Below the pieces are notes generated by a model that saw nothing but the letters and a program-made list of their open reading frames with translations, was not told the DNA's origin and ran no database searches. Both the position numbers and the translations under genes were made by a program. A stretch of 64,000 bases of DNA from Amphiscolops sp. MND2022 (lineage: Eukaryota): NCBI GenBank assembly GCA_964187785.1, contig OZ076409.1, positions 64,916,001-64,980,000 on the forward strand, read 5' to 3'. How positions within the stretch are numbered: the first letter of the stretch is position 1; every line of letters starts with the position of its first letter. This document shows positions 8,085 to 19,938 of the stretch, piece by piece.

Positions 8085-10205
8085 TCACTGTGAGTTAGCA
8101 AAATGTAAAGAAACAGAACTCAGAATCTCTGCTCGGCACAAGGGACACTCGTAGGTCTTGTGGGAACAATTCGAGCAGCAGCAAACGTGACCACAAGGGA
8201 AGAAAACAACATTGGCGTTGCACTCCATGCATATGCAGCATTCGTTTTCTAGTATTATAGCCGCAGGCAGTTGCGAGTTGGCACTCACCATCGATTGCTT
8301 CCTTGGGGTGCCCTTTGGGGTAAACTGAGGCGTGACATCAACAGACTTCTTGCGTACATCATTAAGAGGCAATTTATCGATTTCTGAAAGAACAGTTGCC
8401 CGCAACCCAATTTCAGTCATGCCCATCAGCCTCAAATTGTCGTCATTCAGAGTGTGAAGAGATTCATACGTCATTTTGTGTTTAGCGAACAAGGCAGTGT
8501 ACTCCTGGGCTCCACATTTATGCAACAACTTCACAACCCGTACATCCAAGTCGAACTCTTTGGAAGCGATTGACGCGGGTTTCATGCTCAGAAGTCTTTG
8601 ATACTGAACCAACCAATACTGCTCGTTTTCGTCTTCCTTCTGTTGCTCCATTTGCATCAACAATTGACTGATTTCCTTTTCTCGAAGTTCACGCTCTTCG
8701 TGAATCTTACACAGAAGTTGGGAAAGTTGTTCACGCTCATTAGCCAAGGCATTCCGATGGTCATCCTCTGATTGCATGTCTCGTTGCTTCATTTCAAGAA
8801 GCGTCATTTGAGTCAACTGCTTCTCAATCATTTCCACGTGGTGCATCAGCTGGTTTCGTTTCACGTCTTGTTCAACTAGCATCTGGTGAACAAGTTGCTT
8901 TTGAACATTCTCGCTCTCTATATAATGTGACATAACGTGTGCGCTCTGCTCTTCCGCTTGAATCAAAAATATGTCTAAGACTTGGTCATCAAGTTGCATA
9001 TCAGTCAAAACCTTCTTAATCTGCCGATCACGGTTCTCGTCTAAAACCTTTGCCTTTTCTTCCAGCTCAATCATTTCTTTCAGCTGTTTTTCCATGGATT
9101 GCTTTATTTTCTCCTCCTCTAAAGCCCTGTACTCATGCACTTGAATTATTCCCAAATGTTCTTGCTTCATTCTTTCACTTTCTTCTTTCAAAAACGCCTC
9201 CTCAGTCTTATTCAACTTCTCATACATGGACAGCAAATCTTCGGTGGCTTTCCTAGTTTTCTGTTCCAAATCCAGCAGAGCCTTTGTCCAGCTGCATCTC
9301 TGCGCATCAACTTGGCGACTGAGGGTTTCAATTTCCTCAGCTTTGGACTTTTCCATTTCACTCAAAGTGGTTAGAAGCGCAATCTGCTCGTTTCTTTGTT
9401 GAGCCAGGTACTTGGATATCATAGCATCCTGAGCATCAACTTCTTTCTTGAAGGCTTTATGTGCTTCGTCTAAAGCAGTCGGGGCGCTGGCACAGCGGTC
9501 AAGAATTCGTTTCAAATAAGTAGAATCGTCCAAACGAGCCCTGTCAAAATCATCAGGTAGCTTCTCAATGTACTGATACTGTGTAAAAGGATTCAATGAA
9601 GACATTATGTCTTGGATACTTCTCATTGAATACCTTGTCTCCAAAGGCGTTGACTCAAATTTGAATTCTTTCAGCAGAACCAGCTCTGAAAACTTTACAG
9701 GGAGTGTTGAAATTGCATTGCTGGATATATCAAGACTTCTCAAACTTTGCAGCTCGGTAACACTGGGGGGCAGAAAGTGAAATCTGTTGTTATCAAGTGT
9801 GAGTATCTGTAATTTGTTCAAACTGGACAGGTCTAGAAGATCATCCAATTTGTTATGAGACAGATTCAGTTCCAGCAGATGAGTCAGACTAGAGACAGAA
9901 GAAGGAAGAGACTTGAGCTTGTTGTTCGAGAGGTCTAGCAACAAAAGACGGTCAAACTTCTGAGGCCCTGTCGAAGAGAAGATAGAGTAAGGCAACTTGT
10001 CTATATGATTGAAGTGAAAAACGAGGCCCTTTTTATTGAGCAACTGTGCCCATTCGATTACAGAGGCTGGGATGGTGGTCAATTCGCAGTTTGAGAAGTC
10101 CCAACAATTGATAGTGTCCAAGTCCCTTTGGTAGTGGGTGAACAAGTCATGGAACCTCTTCTTGGCCTCCTTAGACTGGTGATTACTTCTGAAGATAGAG
10201 TGCAT
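8085..10205 (-). CDS. LRSAM1: E3 ubiquitin ligase LRSAM1 homolog (LRR, coiled coil, SAM, RING); intronless CDS
   Basis: N-terminus MHSIFR..SKEAKKR..DFSNCELTTIP, LRRs (LDLSNNKLKSLP), a long coiled coil, YWLVQYQRLL, a SAM-like helix bundle and a C-terminal C3HC4 RING (CCICME..PCGHVCCC..C..CPLCR). The true ATG is probably 10205 rather than the TTG at 10232. Confidence 0.93.
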   Translation of the reverse strand: MHSIFRSNHQSKEAKKRFHDLFTHYQRDLDTINCWDFSNCELTTIPASVIEWAQLLNKKGLVFHFNHIDKLPYSIFSSTGPQKFDRLLLLDLSNNKLKSLPSSVSSLTHLLELNLSHNKLDDLLDLSSLNKLQILTLDNNRFHFLPPSVTELQSLRSLDISSNAISTLPVKFSELVLLKEFKFESTPLETRYSMRSIQDIMSSLNPFTQYQYIEKLPDDFDRARLDDSTYLKRILDRCASAPTALDEAHKAFKKEVDAQDAMISKYLAQQRNEQIALLTTLSEMEKSKAEEIETLSRQVDAQRCSWTKALLDLEQKTRKATEDLLSMYEKLNKTEEAFLKEESERMKQEHLGIIQVHEYRALEEEKIKQSMEKQLKEMIELEEKAKVLDENRDRQIKKVLTDMQLDDQVLDIFLIQAEEQSAHVMSHYIESENVQKQLVHQMLVEQDVKRNQLMHHVEMIEKQLTQMTLLEMKQRDMQSEDDHRNALANEREQLSQLLCKIHEERELREKEISQLLMQMEQQKEDENEQYWLVQYQRLLSMKPASIASKEFDLDVRVVKLLHKCGAQEYTALFAKHKMTYESLHTLNDDNLRLMGMTEIGLRATVLSEIDKLPLNDVRKKSVDVTPQFTPKGTPRKQSMVSANSQLPAAIILENECCICMECNANVVFFPCGHVCCCSNCSHKTYECPLCRAEILSSVSLHFANSQ

Positions 10206-11545
10206 GTCAGTATCTGAAAAACGATAAAACAATGCTAGTCAATTCGAAATACCTCACGTTTTCGTAGTTCCAGTTTCACATTAAATGAAAACGAACTTTT
10301 TGACAAAGGTGAAAGACACGAAGGTGAACGAATGGGGCAAAACATTGTAATTATTATTTCAGATTCGTTGGTTATTGCTGGTTTGAAATATATCTTATCG
10401 TCATAGTCTTTCCTTTTGAGTTAATATTGGCAGCATGAGGTAGTTCCTTTTGAGTTAACAATTACAATAGTCACGAAAAAACCTGTAAACGGTAAAAACC
10501 ATGGATTTAAAAATCACTGTGGTCAACTGATTGCCCAAGAATCTTTTGTGCGATAGGCATACAATTACTTGCTAGCAACGTACAACGGTGCCCAGATCAG
10601 AAATCCGGCAATGACAGGCGGACGGGAATTACATCTCGGAAAATAGTCAAAAAGTTGTCTGAGTCAACGCTAAATTATCCTTCAGAAAGTCTCAACAGGG
10701 GAGGTCAACACCCGCGTTAATATACAACTGCCGGTAACTCATGAAAAAATTATGTATTGAATTGATCGCCGCAAGTTTTCCTCAAACCAATCCTTCAGAC
10801 TCGCCCATGCGACTAGGTCCAAAAACGACAAAATTAACAAAGAATCACCGTAGTCAAAAATGCTCGTTTCAATGTTTTGATTATTGCGATCTTCAATTTG
10901 CTCTGCATTCTCTACTTTGAGAAAATGCATATCGGCAAAACTGATTTCACGGTTTTGGTGCCATCATAAAAGAGGAAAGTTCGCAAGAAAAAATCCGAGT
11001 ACATTTGTCTTTCAGGAACCTGGGGCACATGCAGGAGACGAATCTTTTTTTTTCTTGAAAAAAATAGAGTAGCAAAAAACTAATACACTCGATGTCGCTG
11101 ACAAAAATATTCAAATCGCAAGAACTTTTCACAAAAGTACTTGACACAAACGTCCTAAGGGCAAAGCATTCTCAAAGTTCGATCACAATAACGGGCATTT
11201 TTGAAATCAAACAAAAAATACAAACACTTAGATTTTCTCTTTTAACATTTTCCGGAAATTATCATGCAATATCTCCAAAACCGCTGCTCGTAACAAAAAC
11301 ACACGCAACAAACATTGTACCTTTGATTCCAATCTCTAACTTTTAAATAACAATTTTTCAAAAGAGACTCTCCTTAAAATTTGCACCACAAAATGTTTCG
11401 AGAAGTCAATTTCAAAAAAAGTTGAATATAAAAGTTAACGAACGGTGTCAAGGCCAAAAACTGTTCGAAGGTTTTTCTTCTGACCAGCAGCAGTCTTTGA
11501 GATATCGCGTACGATGTGAGAAAATTTTCATTCGAATTTAGGACA

Positions 11546-12895
11546 AACAAGCCGGAAACGGCCCAAGTCGATGCCATATCTAAGGCTCAAAAATAGCAAA
11601 AGGACTTCAAAGTGTCAAGTATTTTCTACAGTACCCACATGAAAAAATTGGAAAAAAATCCGAAACTTTTTTGATATCCGGTAAGTCGCATAGTGCCGAA
11701 ACATGTAAAAGGGGGCCTTTGGGAGTTTTTGAACTTCCATTCTTTTGCAAAGTAGGAAAAAATGAAGGGGACCCTTTGGAGACATTTAAAAAAATTTGCG
11801 AAAAAAAGTCTCACCAAGGCGAAATGACCTGCACGAAAAATTTTTGGTCAAGGGCGAGACTCGAACCCACGTCCTTCTGCTTGGCAGACCTCAAAAGTCC
11901 TCAAAATCAGAAGCAGAAGCTATATTAGTGTGGCAGTTAGTGGAAGGCAGCTTATAAAATCTGTCACTTCGTTGGTCTTAAAAAAATAAAAACTAAAATC
12001 TGCCAGTTCGTTGGTCTTAAAAAAAGAAAGGCACTGCTATAGTTTGCGTTTTTTACGAAAAGCGCCGACTAACAAGCCGGGAACGGCCCAAGTCGGCGCC
12101 ATATCTAAGGCTCAAAAATAGCAAAAGGACTTCAAAGTGTCTAGTATTGTCTTCTACAGTACCCGCATTAAGAAAAAAATGAAAAAAAATCCGAAATTTT
12201 TGTCGAATTTTTTTGGTCTCCGGTAAGTCGCATAGTGCCGAAAAATGTAAAAGAGGGCCCTTTGGGAGTTTTTGAACATCCATTCTTGTGCAAAATGAAC
12301 ACAGAGGCGAAGCGGTGCTTCGCAACACATGACGAAGACGAATCATGGCTAGACGAATGCCGAAAAATCGTATATATTCAATCGCATGCGTATATATTCA
12401 ACAGTTCAACTTTGTTCAATAACATCTCTATGGCACAGTGGTCAACACTTATGCCGTGCAATCGGGAGGCTGCAGGTTCGAATCTCTCTGGGGTTTTGGC
12501 TTTTATCTAAAAGGCGCTCATTATGAAGTTGACTATTGTGGAAAAAAAACTTACTTAGCTGGACTGCAATGCACATTGACTTCGTCATGTGCAAAAAAAT
12601 GAAGGGGAACCCTTTGGAGACATTAAAAAAATTTGCGAAAAAAGTCACAAAGCCGAAATAACCTGCACGAAAAAAAAATTGGTCAAGGGTGGGACTCGAA
12701 CCCACGTCCTTCTACTTGGCAGACCTCAAAAAAGCCTAATTAACCTCTATGCCAAGTGCCAGTAGAAGTAGTGTGGGACCGTTTAGTGTTAGAGCAAGTC
12801 AGCTTATAAAGCTTATAAAATCTGTCAGTTCGTTGGTCTTAAAAAAGAGAAGTCACTGCTGTAGTCTGCGTTTTTCTACGAAAAGCGCCGACTAA
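11546..12895 (-). mobile_element. Two head-to-tail HINE-B copies (about 11546-12070 and 12071-12895) with a tRNA-Leu/Ser-like cassette
   Basis: SubTIRs AGTCGGCGC / GCGCCGACT and terminal hairpin GCCG-ggaa-CGGC. The minus strand carries TGGCATAGAGG...GTGGGTTCGAGTCCCACC (about 12680-12755). Related fragments near 22090-22230, 53520-53586 and 63220-63256. Confidence 0.7.
12299..12592 (-). mobile_element. HINE-A copy nested in HINE-B
   Basis: Same termini and tRNA cassette as the 5875 copies. Absent from the equivalent site of the first HINE-B copy. Confidence 0.8.
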
Positions 12896-13581
12896 AATAC
12901 CGTTGCAATTCTCATCAAAATTTGAGAAGCTTTTGCCTGTGATGTTATCTGTCTTTAGCTTTTGGTACCAAGGTGTATTTGCGCTGATGTTCAGGTTTCA
13001 GGCTGTTTGCAAGAACAGAACATGGGCACCGAATTCGTGAATTAAAGTTTTGACGCAAGCGTAGTTTCATTACACTCGCAGCGGTTTAAGACAAAACACT
13101 GGAAGGATTATTATCCTGTTCTAGATAGCATGATAGATGACATCAGAATTCTATGCACATTAGAGCCTATCTCGCTAACATGCATATATCAGTAATCCCT
13201 TCTCTATTTTTTCACGTTTTATACGAGTGACAAATTTCCTTTGCTTCGAATTCGAATAAAAATTGGCTGATATAAAAAACGCATTTGAATGAAGTAACTA
13301 CAGTGGATCCCGGATAAAATCAACGTCTGTAGTAGAAGACTCAGACTCTTTACATACATGTTAATTAGTCTGTATTTATATGATTATATACTGTTGTTCT
13401 TTTTATCAAGTACCTGCCTATTGTATGCAGATGATGAACTATCATAAAGTCTCAGAACAAGATAGAATAAAGTTTGAATTGTCAATGCTACTCACAGTTA
13501 TAGAAGAGAGTTACAACATGGCGCAGTCAGCTTAGAACTAAAAGCTAAATAACACAAAAACGAAACATCCAGAAAGAAGAT

Positions 13582-14493
13582 ATGGATGAAAACACGGAAG
13601 AAAACCCAAGAGATGGAAACAACACACTGTCTTCATCGGGTACACGGCAAAACAACCAAACACTGCCGAACGATACAATGAACAGGACGGCTGACCGGAC
13701 CTGCACTCAGAAATTGACCATTCCCACATTGGAGAAACACGACCACACCAGTGCAAACTTGTGGTGGAGAAAATTCGTCCAATACATAAAAATGACGAAA
13801 GAAATTGACCTGTCAACCATGACAAACAACAAAGAGATACTGACACAATACTGTGACCAACTCGAAACGGAAATTAAAGATATTTTCATCTGGACAGAAT
13901 GCTATCACGGAAATGACAAAAACAATCAGAGAAAGAGAACCGAGCTCACTAGCATTGTATAAACTTTACACACTTTTCCGACTACACTTCACACCGGAAA
14001 GGAACGTACAACATAGTAGAGCCGATTTCTTCGACCTAAAACGAGAAGACGGTGAATCCGCAGCAGACGTGTGGAAACGAATACTAGAAATTGAAAGAAA
14101 CTGCGAATTTGAAACAATAACCGCGGCAGAACTTCTAGCATCAAAATTCTTGTCAGTCATCGGAAAATCAACCGGAGACTACGACCTAAAGAAAAAAATC
14201 AGAAAGAGTGACATGTTGGTAGAAGCAATAACTGACGCGATACTAGAATACACTTACGACAAATTAAATGACTCACCCGAAACAGAAGAAAAGAAAATAC
14301 GTTACTTGAATAAACGTAAAATAAAACCAACAAAAGAACCGGAAAAAACCGACAAAATTCAAAAAAAGTCGATTGCAACCGTTGCGGAGCACCAAACTGG
14401 TCAAGACAACATGAATGCCCAGCCAGAGGAAAGAAGTGTGCAAAATGCGGAAAAATAGGCCACTTCGCCAAATGTTGCCGCACAAATAAAAGA
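13582..14493 (+). pseudogene. gag: Gypsy-1 gag, frameshifted, with two zinc knuckles
   Basis: Overlapping ORFs 13582-13962 and 13853-14458. CNRCGAPNWSRQHEC and CAKCGKIGHFAKCC lie in a third frame continuous with pol. Confidence 0.85.
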
Positions 14494-17400
14494 GTGAACC
14501 ATATAATGGAGGAAGAGACAAGTAGCGCGAATGAAGACGATTGGACACCGAACACAATCCATTCAGTGAAACAAAAGATCCATTCAACACGATCAATAAA
14601 CAGCAACGGACCGGACTTCTTCACAATCACCGCACTGGTCAATAACCGACCAATCAAATTCATCATTGACAGCGGATCACCGGTAACATTAATACCAAAA
14701 TCACTATTCAACAACATCACAAAATTACACCCACTAAAAACGGAATACAGGGATGTAAATGACAACCGGATACAATTTGAAGGAAAAACGATAGCCAAAG
14801 TGGAAATCGACGGAAAACAAAAAGAACTGGAAATAGTGACCACTAAAAGAACCAACCCATTACTGGGGCTAGACTGGATGAAAAAGCTGGGAATAACGCT
14901 GGAGACGGACAAAACCGTCCCACAAATACAACAAATAAAAGAAGACCCAGACATAACATCATTGAAAACGAAATTCAAGAAACTTTTCACCGAAAACCAT
15001 ACAGTAAATGGACTGGAAGTAAAGATACAACTAAAAGAAGACGCGAAACTGATACAACAGAAAGGAAGACCAATACCGATTCACCTCCAACAATCGGTGG
15101 GGAAGGAAATAGAAAAACTAATAAAACAAGGACATATCGAAAAAGCCAACAATATCGACGAAAACTGCTTCGTAAGTCCAGCCGTGATCACGGTAAAGAA
15201 AGACAAATCAATAAAAATCGCCCTAGATTCGCGAAAATTGAATGAAATAACCGTGAAAAGAAAGGCACAAATGCCTAACATGGAGGAATTGATTTCACGG
15301 ATATCAAGAAAAATAGCAGATGGCCCAGCAGATGAGATATGGATCTCAAAATTCGATTTAGATTACGCATACGGACAACTACTGTTATCAAGAGAAGCTA
15401 GAAACTTGTGTATATTTGCCGTAACCGGGGGAAATTTTACCGGTTACTACCGCTTCCTAAAGGGCTTCTACGGTCTAGCGGATATACCAACGGTCTTTCA
15501 GGAGAAGATTGACCAAACACAGGATAACAAACATCCAGCGTGGTTAGATGACATCATCGTCGTAACCAAAGGGTCAAAAGAAGAACACAAAAAAGAATTG
15601 ATTGACGTCCTAACCAGACTAGAAAAAGCAGGATACCGCTTGAGTGAAACCAAGTCCGAATTTTTCAAAACGGAAATTGAATGGATAGGCCACAAAATTG
15701 ACCAGGCCGGTATCCGACCACTTCAAGACAAGTTGTTAGCCATAAAAGAACTAAAACAACCAAAAAATGAAAAAGAACTAAAATCATTTCTGGGAGCCAT
15801 TCAATACTTGTCAAAATATATCGACAACCTCTCCGCCCAAACCGACAGCTTGAGACAGTTACTGAAAAAAAACGAATGGATATGGACGGAAGAACACACA
15901 CAAGCATTCGAAAACTTAAAACAAAAGATCACGGAGATACCGTGTTTGGCTCACTACAACTCAGATTACCCAAATGTGATAACAACGGACGCAAGCACAA
16001 AAGGCTTGGGAGCTACCCTATGGCAAGAACAACCGGACGGGAAACTAAAACCGATCGGCTTCGCCAGTCGTTTCCTTTCAGACACCGAAAAGAAATACGC
16101 AATAAATGAACTTGAATTATTGGCGGTAGTATGGGGTTTAGAACATTTCCGCTTATACATTTACGGAAAACCGATCAAACTTTTAACCGATCATCAGGCA
16201 CTAGAACCATTAATCAAACGGAACCGGTCCAATAAAACATACAGCGCACGCTTAACACGATGGCTGGACCGATTAGCACATTTCAATATTAACGTACACC
16301 ATATAGCCGGTAAACATTTAGCACTTACGGATTATTTCAGTAGAAATCCGATACTACCACCGCAAACAGATGACGCATACGATGAAGAATACGTAATCAA
16401 CAACATATTACCGCACTACAACTTTATCTCCAAATATGGTTGCCTTAGCAACCAAACTGACAAATCAGAAAACAGAACGGAGAAAAGTGAACGCAAAGCA
16501 AACAACAAACCACGGAACAGCGACACACATAGACGAACTGCCATTGATTGCCTTAACACCGACACGTTAACACGCTTCAAACAAAAACACTGCCAAAGCA
16601 TCAAATTGACAATGGACGCAAATACAATAAACGAAATTGAAGCAGCAAATCCAACCGCGGAAACAATTGAATTGACAAACCGCTGGCGAGAAATCGTTAA
16701 ACCCGGGATTTATCGATTAACCGGGGGAAAATGGAAACGCTATCACGAACCAAAATTCTTACGCAATGAAAGAAAGGTGATAGAAGAAAGACTGCAACAA
16801 ATTATGAAAAACCACGAAACGGCAGATCTTAGACAAAGAATTAGCCCCAAACAGACGGGAGGCTTTGTACCACCCACCAGACACAGCGAACAATGGACGG
16901 TTGATTCATACTGGGACATGGACCGTCCCACCCCAGTCCAACACGACAGACCCGGACCATCCCAACAAACTTACATCCAGACAGCACCGATGGAGGAAGG
17001 CGAAATAGAAACCGACACCGATCAAGACCCATCAATCTTAGAAGTACCGGCAATAAATTGGGCACGCTATGTCGGAGTAAAGAGCGTCCAATACGTGAAG
17101 ATGGGACACGCTCCAAAAATAACCGCCGAAGAACAAAACGACTGGGATTCGGAACAAGCAGTGCGAGAAACGGAGAAAAATTTTTCTACCGATCTACAGC
17201 TGCTTATGATAGAGACGACGAACGACGCCAGCCTACTGAAAACACTAGTATGTCTGGAAAGACAGCAACATGAGCTGATACCCGAAGAATATCTATTAGT
17301 CAGAAAGAAATTGTCAAGCAGATTCGGCCTCGTATTCATGGAAGACAAAATCGTGGTCCCAAAGAATCTACGCACCACGGTTATAAGCCTGCTACACAAA

Positions 17401-19211
17401 GGACACCCGGCCATCAACAAGATGACCCTAGCAGCCCGACACTTCTGGTGGCCACGGATAACTGAAGCCATTCAGAAAAAGTGCGACTCCTGCATACCAT
17501 GCAAAATGTCCGGTAAGAGCATTAAACCTAACATACCGTATACGGAGTAAAACAATCTACCACCGGTAAACAATCCGAACGAGGAAATTCAACTGGATTT
17601 CATTGGCCCGATTACAGAAAATAACCGCCGGTTTTATATATTACTATCCATAGACCGATTTAGTAAATGGCCGGCAGCCAGTTTTTGCAAAAATACGGAC
17701 GGAGAAACGGCGGTAAAATTTATCGAACAGTATATGCAACTAAATGGGATACCGAAAACGATCAGAACGGATAAAGCAACCGCTTTCACAGGACGTCTCT
17801 TCCGCGATTTTTGTAAAAAAACATTACATCAAATTAATATACGGCACACCGTATATTCATACCCCAACAGGCCTAGTAGAGAGAGGAGTCAGAACACTCA
17901 AAGAAAATCTCTTAACAAACTTAAAAGCCGGAGAACGTTTTGGAAAAGCTCTAGATATAGCTCTAGAAATAATGCGTAAAACACCACACACGAGACTGAA
18001 AAAATCAGCTTTCGAATTACACTACGGTCGAAGCCCAAACACAGAAGTTAGTAACCTACTAAACTTAGATAGTTTGAAGAAACTAACGGAAAATCCCATT
18101 TCAGCAAAACCAGATACCTTACAGGTATGCTCATTCAGTGGAGCCGGCGGTGTGTCCGACCAGCTACCAATGAAGCCGAAGAAAAACGATAAAGAAGTTA
18201 GTAACTACCCATTCCTTTTCTTAGAAAAAAAAACATCAAAAATCAAAATTCGAAAGTGCCTACATGGATAAACCGAACATAGCCGTGTCCGGAACAAAAC
18301 ACACGGTGACAACACCGGATGGAAGAATAATACATAAAAAATGTATTAGTAAACCACTTAATAATTTTAACCAGGACTGCAACAACAACAGAGGAACCGG
18401 GTCGAGAGGACCAGATGGCCGGTTCACGAAGTCACCATCCAAAACAAGAAGGACATATATACTGGAGTCAGACAACGAGTCAGAGCCAACGCCGGACCAA
18501 ACAGACAACACTACGGTCAAAAAGGGTACATTCGGCCGAGGCAAACCAGTACAGAAACGGGAACGGTCGGAGTCAAGCTCACCACACAGCACACCGGGGG
18601 GCACAAACAAAAACACCGGCCCGCTCACCATAACAACCAACATGACGGACACGGAAATCAACCGTGCCATCAGCGACGTGAAACAAGCCAACGAAGAGCT
18701 TTTTATTAGAGACGAAAACGGTAAGGCGTTTAATAATGATAACATATTCCCTAACGAGGGGGAAGAGAATAGCCTTGATCTAGATTTTGCCAACAACCTG
18801 AGCTCAAGTACTGAACTAGAAACAGATGTGAAACGCGAAGAAAAAAAAGTACGCAGATCGAAAAGATTACCAAAAACTAACCCAATTATCAGATATAATA
18901 ACCCAATATGTCATGATTACAGGAACCACCGTAGAAAGGCTGAACTCGGAAGAAACACCGGGCCAAACCCAAACAGATATGGAAACAAGCAACCAGAATT
19001 AAACCCAACAGCAGACAACAAACAGACGTCACGGACAGAAGAACACTGTGACAAAAGCCAATGCGAGGACCGGTTATCCGTCCACAAACATATGGACCAA
19101 TGGAGGAATCACCGCCATACAGAAGCTACACAAAACCCCATTGGCCAGTCGACAGCCAATAGTGAAGGGGGGAATGTAGTAGAAGACTCAGACTCTTTAC
19201 ATACATGTTAA
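14494..19211 (+). pseudogene. pol: Gypsy-1 pol (PR, RT, RNase H, extra domain, integrase, long C-terminal tail) with one stop and frameshifts
   Basis: IDSGS protease; RT DLDYAYGQ / GFYGL / WLDD; RNase H TDAS, ELELLAVVW, TDHQAL; integrase HHCC then LDFIG, RTDKA, VER. Stop at 17548-17550 and frameshifts in A-runs near 17820 and 18230. Confidence 0.92.
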
Positions 19212-19647
19212 TTAGTCTGTATTTATATGATTATATACTGTTGTTCTTTTTATCAAGTACCTGCCTATTGTATGCAGATGATGAACTATCATAAAGTCTC
19301 AGAACAAGATAGAATAAAGTTTGAATTGTCAATGCTACTCACAGTTATAGAAGAGTTACAACAACGTCAGTGGTGTTTCTTATAATCGAACATTATATGG
19401 GTTTAAAGAGGAATTAATTTTGCAGTCGGGGCCAAGATACGCATTGACTATAAGCGGGTTTTTTTAATATCCGGGATCCACTGTTTTTACAGAAATGTAC
19501 TGTTAAATTCAGACAATATTGATTGACTACTGAAGGGAACCTTCAATAATTGAAAATGTCAAAACTAGATAAAGTTTGTACTATGAGTTAATACTTTAAG
19601 AACTCAAATGAATTAGCGAAGCCCATCAAATGTAACAGCAACATGTA

Positions 19648-19938
19648 ACACAGAGGCGAAGCGGTGCTTCGCAACACATGACGAAGACATCGATTATTTT
19701 AATATGCGTATATATATTATTTTAATCGCATGCGTATATATTCAACAGTTCAACTTCATTCAATAACGTCCTTATGGCACAGTGGTTAACACTTATGCCG
19801 CGCAATCGGGAGGCTGCAGGTTCGAATCTCTCTGGGGTTTTGGCTTTTCTCCAAAAGGCGCTCATTATGAAGTTGGCTATTGTGGAAAAAAAAACTTTCT
19901 TAGCTGGACTGCAATGCACATTGACTTCGTCATGTGCA
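19648..19938 (-). mobile_element. Solitary HINE-A copy
   Basis: Near-identical to the 5875 copy and defines the element boundaries (ACACAGAGGCGAAGC...CTTCGTCATGTGC), flanked by AA (TT on the minus strand). Confidence 0.85.

Larger units (their letters stand above)
13328..19363 (+). mobile_element. Full-length Ty3/Gypsy LTR retrotransposon (Gypsy-1), recent insertion
   Basis: TG..CA LTRs at 13328-13518 and 19175-19363, identical except for a 2-bp AG indel. 5-bp TSD ACGTC. PBS TGGCGCAGTCAG (tRNA-Ser-like) at 13519. PPT GAAGGGGGGAA at 19164-19174. Confidence 0.97.
13301..19483. mobile_element. Short Tc1/mariner-like MITE split by the Gypsy insertion
   Basis: Perfect 16-bp TIRs CAGTGGATCCCGGATA (13301) and TATCCGGGATCCACTG (19468-19483). 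TA precedes the left TIR. Confidence 0.7.

Noticed and set aside
10206..10232. LRSAM1 start at 10232 as in the ORF track
   Set aside because: It is a TTG inside a probable intron. The ATG at 10205 matches the known N-terminus.
14199..17471. Antisense ORFs over Gypsy pol (e.g. 263 aa at 14199-14990)
   Set aside because: Shadow frames of an A-rich coding strand with no recognisable motifs.
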